Below, one piece after another: positions 37,586 to 49,124 of a stretch of 64,000 nucleotides of DNA (position 1 is its first letter; every line of letters begins with the position of its first letter). This DNA is from Fimicolochytrium jonesii (Eukaryota). The translations under genes were made by a program, and so were the position numbers. Where the stretch lies: contig NW_026515669.1 of NCBI RefSeq assembly GCF_025526975.1, positions 1,178,001 through 1,242,000 of the forward strand. Direction: 5' to 3'. The notes below the pieces were generated by a model. That model did no database searches, was not told the DNA's origin, and was given only the letters and a program-made list of their open reading frames with translations.

Positions 37586-38963
37586 GTGCTACGTCCTGTA
37601 CGAAGACCCGCCCCGTGGCGACCTGTCAGTGACCCACAGTCCTCGATGCAGCCCGCGAGCGTCTTCCGCGGCCGGCGGCAGGCCGCACGGCGAATATGTC
37701 CCGTATGCAGCGCGTGGGACTTGGTCTGGCCCTATATATGTAGTCCCACAGAAAATATTCGAAGAGAAGGGATTGGAGTTCGGGAGTGCAGACGCTTTCT
37801 GCGTGAGATTTTTTTCTACTAAATGGCTTGAGTTTCCATCCAGGTCAAGCCCCACTCGTGCAAAAATGGAATAAGGTTTATTCGGTCAAACCTAAACACT
37901 ATTTTCAGCGCCACTACGAAATCAACGCTCTTGTCGCTGGACCAACGCCTTCTCTCGCAAAGACCGCAATTCCAAACCCCATCGGCGGTCAGTCGAGTCC
38001 TGCTCAAGATATCAGGACATCATGCGGCAGCGGGAACTGGTTTGACACGTTATGCCCTCGTCACACCAATTTTCTGGTACTTTTACACCGCACAAGATAT
38101 TTACGTGTTTGTCCAACGGTTAGCTCTTGTCTTGGGTTGGGTTGCTTTGCCCTCGGATATCGTCTCGCATTCGGGCACTCGGGAAGATTGTGTTGTTGGC
38201 CGTGAGGGGTACGATGTTGCTGGCGCTGGACCGAATGGATGCGCAATCTTCGAAGTGACGATATCATCTACGACAAAGAAGACCTTTCAACAAAGCTGTG
38301 CACTCGGCGCTGGTCACCGACGCTCTAGAACTGTGTTATGTATACCGGGACAACCAGAAACATATGCCGTGTGAGGATAACGACAAATAATCCATTCCCA
38401 CCAGTCGGGGTTTCGGTGCAAGTTCCAACCATTTCCCGTCGGTTTACTATTCATGGTGGAATGTATATCCGTACCAGTCACCTATCGTTCGAAGGATCGT
38501 CCTCCGTCTTGCCGCAAATATTGGATGTCGGGACTTCAACGTTCCTGCTGGAGTTCGACCTCGAGGGAGACTTGGCAACACATGTCTCGATACGCGCCTT
38601 GTTCATATTGCCGGGGGGGTAACGAGCGCGGATGCTCCGGTATTCATTGCCTTGGCCTTCCCGCGTGAGGTGTAAATCTACGAGCATTACCGAAGTGATG
38701 TCACATATGACTGGCGCTTCAATCCGACTCTGACTCAAGCACCCCTCATTGACTTGACAGCAAACGGGAAACATCTGCTCTTTTTGATGGAGGACGTAAA
38801 GCTTTTCAGTTGAAAGGATGGCGACAGTGGCACCGCGCTCGCCAAGCTCGATATTGTGGACCCCGCAATGACTACCCGCACGTTCGTTGTTCAGGGAGAA
38901 AAGGGTAAGGGCGAAGTGTGGGTGGCAACTGCCGATGGACGCGTGAAGTGGTTTATGCTCTGA
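37586..38963 (+). pseudogene. Decayed F-box/beta-propeller-like gene remnant
   Basis: Protein-like segments fall in shifting frames: MQPASVFR...LVWPYIC; LVQKWNK; DIYVFVQRL...GCAIFEV; LEFDLEG..ALFILPGG (G7 run 38613-38619); PVFIALAFPREV*IY; LTANGKHLLFLMEDVKLFS*KDG...EVWVATADGRVKWFML*. In-frame stops at 38673 and 38811. Confidence 0.45.
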
Positions 38964-39586
38964 GTGCCACCTGTTCCGATTGCATTGTTCGTAGAACTGC
39001 CTTAAGCGTACTGTTTGCTTGAGAGTATTGGACGGGAGTGTGATATAACGTAGATTTCCGTGTAGGACTTTAGTGAGTTCGTCGTTTCCCCTCCGAAAGC
39101 GTCCAATTCATATGTGTTTCAAAGCTGGCATAATCCATGTTCGCCTGTTCGATCTGCATGCGACAAGATTCGAATTTACCGTGGTGCGAATGTTAACACC
39201 AAATTGACGGCGCGCCTTACTGTCAGAACCGTCGGTATCAGCACCAGGTGCAGGGTGCCGGAAATCCCGCCAGTAATTACGACTCGACGAGATCAAAATA
39301 AATAAACGCCCTCTTGTCCCTTTGTAGTGGGGTCCCTTCGTCGTCAGGTGTATGATCGGGGCGCTGCACGCGGCCCCATCATGGTGACATCACAAGAGCG
39401 TACCAATTTGGATGTTTCTCCGGTCACCTGATCAAGTGAGATCATTAAGCTGATTTATCTGCAACTCTTTCTGTTGAGTATCACGTGAATCCATCCCATA
39501 CTTATTAAACTTGGACGGGAATGAAATCGCGGCTGGACCTCCCCTTGTCGAAACCAATTCGACATCCTGCAGTTTATATCTAGAAA

Positions 39587-41562
39587 ATGGCACATTCGAA
39601 CGGACAGGGAGCAAGCGGAGGGGCCGCTGTAGAGGCCGCACAGCAGCCTCCACAACTCGAAGAGCTCGTGAAAGCTTCCATCAAGCGCACTCACGACATT
39701 TTCATTGCCAACTTCGGACTGCCTGCGCCTGTAGATCCTCCAAGGTAAGAACGGTGATCTGCTAGGAAGAAACCCTAGGAAGGTACTAAAGGCTCATATA
39801 CTTTAGCCAGAGGATTAAGCTAGCGTCAAAGATTGTGGATGAGTGGGAGCAGGTGAAGGATTTACCAAAGGCGGTAGTGGAGGAATCCAAAGCGACGGCG
39901 ACACGGGCAGCAGCTGCAGGGGCATCACAAGCGAAAGCCAAAGGGGCAGGGATTTCGGAAGCGTCAGATACAGCGGTACAAGACCTCATTGAAGCAGTTA
40001 CTACGAATCAGGATCAACGGTATGGGGAATTGGTTGGTCGCGATATAAACGATGCAGATTTGTTTGGCTTACGGGCCATATCTCGCTCTTGGGTATACAG
40101 GAAGGGGGCGAATGGCGCATCAGGGGCGCTGACATTACGGAGTCAATCGAAGCCAATATCGCAGACATACCCTGCCGAATCTGCATCGGCGCTTGTGCGC
40201 ATAAGAGAACCACGGAAGGTTCCGAAACCGAAATGGCATGCACCATGGAAGCTCATGCGCGTAGGTTCTGGGGCGGATCTTCCTTCGTGGGAAAAGAGCG
40301 GACGTTTGACATTGTGGTCGATGGTTTGCAGGTCATCGCAGGGCATCTGGGTTGGGTACGATCCGTGGCGGTGGAACCTGGAAATGAGTGGTTCGCGACA
40401 GGGGCAGGAGACCGGGTCATTAAGGTGCGCTTCGAGATGGATCCTTCTTGGCTGCATTCCGTACGCAGGAGGACTGACGAACGCCTGGATTTAGATTTGG
40501 GATCTTGCGTCGGGAACGCTGAAACTGACGTTAACCGGCCACATTTCGGCTGTGCGAGGTCTTGCCGTGTCTCCGAGGCATCCTTATTTATTCTCGGCAG
40601 GGGAGGACAAGATGGTCAAATGCTGGGATTTAGAGTACAACAAGGTTATCCGGCATTACCATGGCCATTTGAGTGGCGTGTATACCCTGGACCTGCACCC
40701 GACGCTGGACATCATGGTCACTGGTGGCCGAGATTCTTGTGCTCGGGTAAGGTCATCGACCGATTGATGAGAGCGAACATCAGGCAAATGCTCATCCAGA
40801 TTTCAACATAGGTGTGGGACATGCGAACCAAAGCACAAATTTTCGGCTTGACAGGGCATGAATCGACAGTATCAGACGTGAAATGCCAAGAGGCGGATCC
40901 GCAAATCATCAGTGCCTCCATGGACTCCACCGTGAGGCTATGGGATTTGGCTGCAGGGAAGACCATGACGACACTCACACACCATAAGAAAGCCGTGAGG
41001 GCGCTCGCCGTGAACCCGAGCGAGTTTACATTTGCGAGTGCAAGTCCGGATAACATCAAGCAATGGAAATGCCCAGAGGGACAGTTCATGCAGAATCTGG
41101 AGGGGCACAATGCCATTGTGAATACGATGGCTTGTAACCGGGATGGTGTGCTCTTCTCAGGAGGTGCGTTCGTAGTTGCACACGGGCTTCACATGCTACG
41201 TCAAAGCAGCTCACTTATTGTGTGACCCTTAGGTGACAACGGCTCAATGTACTTCTGGGACTACAAAACCGGGTACAACTTCCAAACGGCCGAGTCGCTG
41301 GTCCAGCCGGGGTCGCTGGAGAGCGAAGCGGGTATCTTCTGCTCTACCTTTGACAAAACGGGGTCACGTTTGATCACCGGTGAAGCCGATAAGACGATCA
41401 AGATTTGGAAGGAGGATGAGAATGCGGTGAGTTCTGCCCCCTCTCCTGCACTGAAGTTGGCTTTAGTTTGTCCGCACGTGTTCTGATAATCTCCTTTCAA
41501 TACAGACGCCAGAAACGCATCCGGTCAATTGGAAGCCGAAGTTGGGGCGGGGAGGCTTTTGA
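39587..41562 (+). CDS. PRP46: Pre-mRNA splicing factor Prp46/PLRG1 (WD40); multi-exon
   Basis: [98 protein letters not shown]...[26 protein letters not shown]. Confidence 0.97.
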
Positions 41563-41838
41563 GCTGGCCGGTCTCGCCGCGAATCCCACCTGTATTTTCT
41601 TGTACATATTCATGATATACTTCTGTTCCGCGTGGAGGAACGAGAAGCTCGTTAAACACTGGGGTCTTGAAGGATGCGTGCATTTGTGCCGACACCTGAG
41701 CCACTGCACATGTGACATGGTTCCCGATTGAGGATACGCCCTATGGAGATGCATGATGGGACATCGGCATACTTCGGAGAGTATGCGGTGTATGTAATGG
41801 TATTATGAGCACTCAGAAATAGCGACAATTGCGGATGA

Positions 41839-42942
41839 TCACTTCTTGGCCGGCGTCTTGGGGGCGAAGAAGTTAGCAAGTCCTTGACTGATGTCAGGCA
41901 ACTCGAGCTGCGGAGTCGGTTCCACGGGTTCCTACAGATGCAGGTAAAGAGATTCAGTAAGGATGTCGCATTTCCATACGATATGAACGGATAGGATGAG
42001 TCTTACCTGCGCCGCCGCATCAGCCGCTGCTATATCTGCACCAGCCGCCGACAACTTTGGCAGAACGAACACCAGCAGCATGGATACTCCCGACATCAAA
42101 AGCATAGGATTTGAAAGGAGGGACATGAAGTTGAATGCCTCACGAGGCTAGAAAGTCGCCAACAAAACGATTCAGTATACCATTTCCCCAACAGAATAAT
42201 CAACGACATATCAACTCACCACAAAGAAGTCGTACTTTCCCCTGGCCGGTAGGGAGAGGGGAGTCAACAATGGTGGGCCTGGCCGCTTCCAATCTGTGCC
42301 GGCTGGGGATACGTAGGCCATAATGCCGTTCGACGAGACTACGACTCGGACCTTTCATGGAATTCCTAGCGTTAGACGGACCTTGTGCACGCTACGACTT
42401 ATTAATGCACACTGGACATGCACCTGGTCAAACGAGTAGAGATGCGAGACAACCCGGAGGATATGATTGCCTTCCGGGACGTCTGCACTGTTGAAGCCCG
42501 CATATCCGTTAGAATCCCTCGTCCCTCCCATAAGGCCAAAAGGGTGTTTCATATCCTCTCCACATACAATGAGAAGCTCCCGTCCAGGGTCACATATGTT
42601 GTCAACAGGCCTCCATCTATCGTAACTTTCGTATTTGGTCCGAGGGCTGATATGTCTGTCAGGCCGAGGGTTAGGTTGTCATGCCGTATCACTTGGACAA
42701 AATACCACTGCGTCAGCAGACAAACTGCCCTACACACCTGAAAGAATCTGGTTGGAGATAATCTGACCGGAAAGCGGTCGCCCGGCCTGCACATTTCCCA
42801 CCAGGCTATTGTACAGTCGGACTGTCAGCAAATACTCCAAGGTGATCTTCAGCCAGACCAAGAGCAACGTTATGGCGAGTACTTACAGCAATGCGACGGC
42901 AAACAGCCAGGCCAGGGAAAAGTGCCGTATTGCGTTTACCAT
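41839..42942 (-). CDS. EMC7: ER membrane protein complex subunit 7 (DUF2012); multi-exon
   Basis: Signal peptide, YVTLDGSFS.ADVPEGNHILRVVSH..SFDQVRV, and YDFFVPREAFNFMSLLSNPMLLMSGVSMLLVFVLPKL. Confidence 0.85.
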
Positions 42943-43229
42943 AGTTGGTATCAACGCCTCTGAATGCTTTGTGGGATGTTGGGGGGCGGGAACTCCGAAA
43001 GCACTGTGGGAAAGTGCAGCGGCCAGACGCTGGGCCACACGAGCAGGACAGCGCCATTTGACGCTTTTGACGCGTTCCCATCCACATGCCTTGCAGGACG
43101 GCTTCGCTGTGCGTCTTCTCGCTGCATAATGAAAGTATGGCAAACATCAAGCGGAGGCGAAAGAACGAGAGCGTGGTGCAAAATATCTTTGTATATCTTT
43201 GTTTTACCAATACGGATTATTGTAGTCCT

Positions 43230-44394
43230 GCCTTCATTACTTTCACTATAACATTGGTCGGGACGACTTTCAAAACACAGCGCAATCGCCCACAGCAACT
43301 CCGCAAACAACTGCCCATTCTCCCATCCAAACTCTTCCTCAATTTCCAGCTTGTCCATCATTCTCTTCAGCCCCTTCTCATTAATGTTCAGGTCATCATC
43401 ATCCTCACTCTTCGTCTGAATCAGTCGCTCGCCATCACAATCCAGTGTCCGTAGGTAGCGGGATTCGTCGTTGTAGCTTAATGCGCATGTCGTTCCTCTT
43501 TGCCGGAGAAAGAATAGTGCGGATTTGATCTGCCAAGTGCTGTTCTCGGTAATAGTAAGTACACGACGGATGGCGAGCCGAAGGTCTTCTGTACAAAGTT
43601 TAATGGCTCATAGTGCGAATGTAGGTTTTCCGACGCTCCATTCACAACAATCCGTGCCGACCGCATTGCCGAACTCAAAGCGCCTGGAAAGCGCTCCTCG
43701 AGGTCGCTCCGAGCGTCCGAGCTATCCGCGAACATTAACTCCGGTAGTGCCACTTGATTTGGCTTGCCAAGACCACTGTCAGTTCCAGCAGAATCTCCTG
43801 GAACTCTCCATTCGGGAACCGGTTGACCTTGCAGTTCTGCTCCAGATCTCGAATCATAGATTCCAGCACTGCGTCCGTATCGATCCCATCGAAGCAGCGC
43901 CTGTCGCTCATCAATCGCAGCTGAGCATTGGCGGCTTCGTACGCGTCCTTCCGGAAGTAGAAAGAACATCCGTTTCCGTTGTTGTCTGCGCCCACCGGAA
44001 AAGCCGAACACATTGTCTGGATCAATTTCCATCTTTCCCGCCGCTTTGGCCTCCATCACCAGTTTGAAGCCAATGTAACTCCTGAAAAGCGTGCGTAAAC
44101 AGGTCCCAAGTGTCTGCGTTGGAGAGATCCAGGTTTTGACTGGTCAGACCGAATCCTGTTTCTCCGTACTGCGTGCCCTCATCTGGATGGTTTATCGTAA
44201 TAAAGGCGAACTCAACCGCGCGGAGATCTTCCCACTCTTCTAGGTTTATCGTCCGAAGGCGACGCCGAGCCCGGTTCACTCGTGGGCAAACTGTTCCCGT
44301 CTGCAGGGGTCCTGTGGTTTCTGATGGAGAGATGATTTTGCAACAGGTATAAGACGTCGTCTGGGAGGGAGGCGAGGGTCCGTAGGGTTGACAT
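43230..44394 (-). pseudogene. F-box-like gene with an unresolved, probably disrupted reading frame (3' end approximate)
   Basis: Starts MSTLRTLASLPDDVLYLLQNHLS (F-box-like LxxLPxxV). Downstream protein-like blocks lie in all three frames and one carries an in-frame TGA at 43608-43610. Some joins could be weak introns, so an intact gene is not excluded. Confidence 0.4.
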
Positions 44395-44569
44395 TTTCTT
44401 CGTTCTTGGCGATAGATGAGGATGCCCGAAGAGGTGAAAACCAGAAGATGGCGATGAGAAGCTCTTGACGCGTTTTGGTACTTCTCACGCTGCTTCCCCA
44501 GCTTCCCACCTCTGTTGGCACGCAAGTTACGTTTCTAAAACAACAGAAAAGCGGGCGCTGCACGAAACC

Positions 44570-46403
44570 ATGGTCCAGAGAAGTAAGCTTCTTTCAACCC
44601 CCTCCCTAAAAGCGTTCGGAAAACTAACTGATTATCCGCAAAATACCTAGTCGATAAAGCCCTCCTGCGGAAGCGCGCAGAACACAACGACGGCGAACTC
44701 TCCTCTCTGCGGGAAGTAACGCTACATCAATACGATATTGAGAAGATTGAGAACCTCGATCTATATTGTCGTCATTTGGAAATCTTGTTTCTGCAGAATA
44801 ACCAGATCTCCAAGATTGGTAAGGCCTGCGCGGCTCGTTGCATTGCCATCGAAGAACGCGCAAGTTGAACTCCGGCTCTCCGACAGAGAATGTGCATAAG
44901 TTGAAAGAACTGAAATACCTGCAACTTGCGCTCAACAACGTGTCCAAAATTGAGAATCTGGAAGGATGCGAATCGTTGGAGAAATTGGATCTGACGGTGA
45001 ATTTTGTGGAAGATCCGTTGGATGTGGAGTCGTTGCAGGGGAATGAACATTTGCGAGAGCTGTACGCGGATTTTGCGTTGGAAGCAACCGAAATCGCAGC
45101 GCAGTCTTTATTGATGTTCTTGAAAAACTTGTAGACATCTTATGGGCAACCCATGCGCGAAGAAAGAAGGTTATCGGGAGTTTGTCATCACAGCTCTGCC
45201 ACAACTACAGGTGCGAAAGAGAGCCGCATGGCGACCCCATACGCTAGCCTGAATGAAGACGAGCGCGTACCTGACATTTTTCTCCAGATGTTAGATGGAC
45301 GTGAGATCACTCGAACAGAGAGGATAGAGGCCGCGCAGGTGTTTGAGGAGATCAGAGCGCGGTTCGTACGTGAACGAAGCGGCTCCAAAGCTGAGTCTGA
45401 GGGCTCCAAAGCTGAGTCTGAGGGGGTTGATGCGTCGGGTACTTCCGAAGTGAAGAAGGTGGAGGAGGCGCCTGATCAGCAGATCAATGCCGCACCAACG
45501 ACCGGGCATGCTCAATCCTCGAAATCAAAGGTCGAGGATGTGAAGGAATTGCCGGAAAGCCATGGGAAGGGAATGGTGGGAGCCAGCGAAGAGGTGGTCG
45601 AAACCACAGAAGACGCGTAAGTCTTGCAGGCTCAAACGAGAAATGACATTCACATAGGAACTCCAACACCCGGGTGACTTTTGATTTGCAGACTAGAGAA
45701 GAAGCGCTGGAAATTCCAAAACGAGCCCGTACCACACACCCCCGCCACCCGCCTCGAAGCCGCCCGCGACCTCGCCGAAATGAAAGGCACCGCAATCGCA
45801 ACCACCACCACCACCCCACCCACCCCACCGGTCCTCACAGCCCCCGACGGCCGCGTCCTCCAAAAAAACCAAGGCAAATGGACCTACCACTTCTCCACCA
45901 CCCCCACAACCGTCACCCTCCACGTCGAGCTCTCCAAATTCCTCGATACCTCCCTCATCGACGTCGACGTGCATCCGACGTGGGTGCGGGTCACCGTCAA
46001 GGGCAAAGTACTGCAGCTGGTGATGGACGAGGAGGTGGAGACCGCGAATGTGATTTGCGAGCGGAGCACGGTGTCTGGGTGGTTGGCTGTCACGATGGCG
46101 AAGAAGTCTGCTGTGGGGGATATCGTGGAGTTGAGAAGGAGGGAGGCGGTGGAGAGGGAGAAGGAGGAGCGACGGAAGAGGGTTGAGAGGGAAAGGGAGG
46201 AGACGAAGAGGGTTGGGGAGAAGTTGTTGCTTAGTGGGAACGTGGCGAAGAAGGTGGATTATACCAAGATTGTGGAGGAGAATGCAAAGAAAGCTGGAGC
46301 GGGCGTCGCTTGGAATGGGATCTACGACCGGAACTTCACAGTAGCCCCGCCAGAGGTGCCTGAGGGGTTCCGGGATGATCCAGATGTCCCCCCTTTGTGT
46401 TGA
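44570..46403 (+). CDS. DNAAF11: Dynein axonemal assembly factor 11 (LRRC6/TilB); multi-exon
   Basis: [79 protein letters not shown] domain ([29 protein letters not shown]) and C-terminal DDPDVPPLC. Confidence 0.96.
45381..45422 (+). repeat. In-frame 21-bp tandem duplication (GSKAESE x2) in the DNAAF11 linker
   Basis: GGCTCCAAAGCTGAGTCTGAG at 45381-45401 and 45402-45422. Confidence 0.9.
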
Positions 46404-46992
46404 GTATCGCGGGTTTTCGTAGATTCCCTGCGACGGCAGACCGGCCGGGTTACACCGCCGATGCAGTCGCTGAAAATCCGCCAGCCGGACTATTCTTTTT
46501 TGGCAAACACCTATTCCATGGACATTTTGGTAATCCGATGGTCGGTTTTTGGTGACTTGGGGACTACCTTGCATTGCACAACTGAGAAAGCACTCAATCC
46601 ATCCGTGTGACTTCCACCGCAATTCAACCAAATCGGGTGATTTTTTGGACAACGTAAACAGAGAATGAGAAACTGATTGAAGTCGATGTGATGCATCTGT
46701 ACATGAAATTGTATTGCATGAATGTCATACATTGGGTTCCAAAGAGAACGAATACAAGAGTCTGCCACACCCTTCCATGCTTCCAGAAAGGTTGACCGAC
46801 AGAATCGCTTGCGAGACGTTCAGCAAGGGTTCACCATGGAGGCGGTTAGCAGTAACAGTCTGTGTTGTATCAAGTCATTACATACCTCAACTCCTCTCCG
46901 CTCCCCCCTTCAAATGCCCCATATAGTGCCCCTGTTCTCCCAGAGGGACACTCGAACTGCTCTAGTTGCGCGGGCGCGGTATCTCTGGCGTG

Positions 46993-47045
46993 CCTGGACT
47001 CCTCGTCCGAACCGACTCCTGGACTCCTCTTCCGAGCCGTCTCCT
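46993..47045. repeat. 25-bp imperfect tandem duplication downstream of the RRM gene
   Basis: CCTGGACTCCTCGTCCGAACCGACT / CCTGGACTCCTCTTCCGAGCCGTCT. Confidence 0.8.
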
Positions 47046-47341
47046 GACATGGGTTTCTTCTTCGTCACGACAGGAATTCATCCTCTTTAGCGATTCCTCA
47101 CGCAGCGATAATGAATATTCCCCATGGGTATTCTATCCAGGATCGACCTCCCCAATCCACATGCACGTTTCGCAATCTCAAATAATGCCCGTCCGCTCGA
47201 CGATAAATCGACTCTTTTCTTTGCACATGTCAACATTCCGCTGCGGCCCCGGGTTGACGCCGCCCCGAGCTAATCCAATCGCGCGGTTCCATACTCTTCG
47301 ACGATCGATCTTTATAACAACTGTTGTACAATAAACACGCC

Positions 47342-47438
47342 TTCCAAACTCTTCTCCAAAGTATTCCAAACTCTTCTCGAAACATTCCTCTCGAGATTCC
47401 ACAGGATTCCAAACTTCCTCCAAAGTATTCCACAAAAA
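47342..47438. repeat. Degenerate tandem array of TTCCA(AACTCTTCTCCAAAGTA)-type units (GGAA-rich on the minus strand)
   Basis: Units begin at 47342, 47364, 47385, 47397, 47407 and 47428; the first, second and fifth are near-identical 21-22-mers. Confidence 0.8.
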
Positions 47439-47593
47439 GAAAATCTCCTCCATACTATTTCCATTTCCACTTTCCGCTCCTGACCCGGAGGCAGGACCGT
47501 CGAGGGGTATCCACGTTCCATATCATCCAAGGGTGCTACGCATTTCTGTACGTTTATGACCCCCAACGGAAGTCCCGTTCATGAAGTTAGACT

Positions 47594-48919
47594 TCAAGGA
47601 TGACGCGCCGAAGAGTAAGGGCTGGGAGATCGTTTCCTGTAAGGGCTGTACTGGGGAGATCTTCGGCCTACAACGCAAACAGTAAGTGAGTACAGTAGAT
47701 TCTGCGCAGCGGAAAGCGTGCATTAGGGATTACCAGCCGACGGCGGGGGAGAACGAGCACGGTCCCGGCCAAAGTCGTCACCAGCAGGGGGAGCACCGTC
47801 CGGTCCGTTTTCGCGTGGTGGGCGGGAAACATTTTTGATCTGGTCTTTCTTGTTCTGACCGATGTCCCAGTCGATTTTCAGACGGCGACCTTCGACCTGA
47901 GTGGTGTCGTATCTGATTCGTGAGAACAAAATGAGGAAAATTAGCGACGATGTTTAGATATTGCTTTCTAAGATCGAAAGTGCTTACTTATTCTTTGCAT
48001 CTTCAGCGTCACGGCGGTCTTCATAGGTGACAAAAGCAAACCTGCGGTTGTGGAATGATCAGCAACCGGCACGCATATGCGTAATGGAGCTAAAAAGTTT
48101 CTCACCCTTTGTTTCGCCCGGTGAAACGGTCCTGTGGAACCGAGACGGAAACCAAGCGACCATAACGGTCGAAGAGGTCTTGGACTGGAGAGATTGGTTG
48201 ATATGACGTTTGCTGACAGAGCTGAGGCTATCGCGTTTGCCAATCAGACGTACCATCTTCTTCCCGGAAGTTGTACGGCAGGTTACCGACATACAAGCAC
48301 GTACTGGTGAGCCTCTCCTCTTCATTGCCTCTGCAGAACACCCGGTAACGTGAGTAAAACGCTCGGCTCAGAAACCTTGAACTGAGAAGGATCCTTACTT
48401 GATGACTTCATATCGCCTCCTGGGTGGGGGGCTACGGCGCCCGTAACCACCTCCGTAGCCACCGCCGCCTCCGTAACGACCGGGTGGGCCGCCGTAACCG
48501 CCGCCTCCGTAACGAGGAGGAGGAGGGCCACCATAGCCGCCACCACCGCCGTAACCACCTCCGCCGCGAGGAGGATAGGGACCTCTGTCATCGTAACCAC
48601 GATCGTAGCCTCCGCCATAGCTGGGAGGACCACCGCGAGGCGGGCCGTAGCTGCCGTGGTGATCGTAAGATCCACCGCGAGGACCGTCGTAAGGTGCTGG
48701 AGCGCGGGAGTCGTAATAATCAGCAGGCGGGGCGGGCCGGCCGCCGCGGGGAGGAGAAACCGAACGACGACCGGGGCCTCCTCGTGGAGAAAGCGAGCGT
48801 CTGCCTGAGGGAGATCGACCGCGACCGGGCGGGCCAGGAGGAGGTGGTGGGACACCTGCACCGCCGCCAACCGCTTGGGAAGAGACGGCGGCCGAGCTAC
48901 CGCTGTACGCCATCATCAA
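47594..48919 (-). CDS. Single-RRM SR/TRA2-like RNA-binding protein with Gly/Tyr/Pro-rich N-terminus; about 6 exons
   Basis: RSPS/RGG/YGG low-complexity region, RNP2 LYVGNLP, RNP1 RNKGFAFVTY, EDRRDAEDA, VEGRRLKIDWD. A last GTAATC...TAG intron gives an RSP-rich tail GRRSPQYSPYRKRSPSPYSSARHP* (stop 47594). Confidence 0.85.
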
Positions 48920-49083
48920 CGATATCGTACTGAGAGTAAGGTTGCTGCTGGTCCTTTGGTGGAATTACACTGTACGGAATCCGTGGGAATAGATCCTTCA
49001 GAATTTGACTGCAGTGCGAGAAACCGTCCGGCAGAGCGCGAGTAGTCCGAAAGACGCCGAGAAAGTGACTTTTATCCGTGCAG

Positions 49084-49124
49084 CCACGTGACCACCGGGA
49101 AGGTCACGTGGATCCCTTTATAAA
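49084..49124. promoter_or_regulatory. Inverted pair of E-boxes (CCACGTGACC-N8-GGTCACGTGG) followed by palindromic TTTATAAA in the RRM/CPY divergent promoter
   Basis: Perfect 10-bp inverted repeat at 49084-49093 / 49102-49111, each arm carrying CACGTG; TATA-like element at 49117-49124. Function is inferred. Confidence 0.5.

Noticed and set aside
38811..38813. In-frame TGA as selenocysteine (some early-diverging fungi use Sec)
   Set aside because: The context (KLFS*KDG) is not a redox motif, the locus has other lesions, and I could not identify a SECIS. The PDI sites here are ordinary CGHC.
44531..44544. RFX X-box-like GTTTCTAAAACAAC upstream of DNAAF11
   Set aside because: It is a single degenerate match, and there are no convincing equivalents upstream of IFT52 or the centrin.
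47342..47438. CRISPR-like repeat array
   Set aside because: Units are irregular and adjacent with no unique spacers, there are no cas genes, and the context is eukaryotic.
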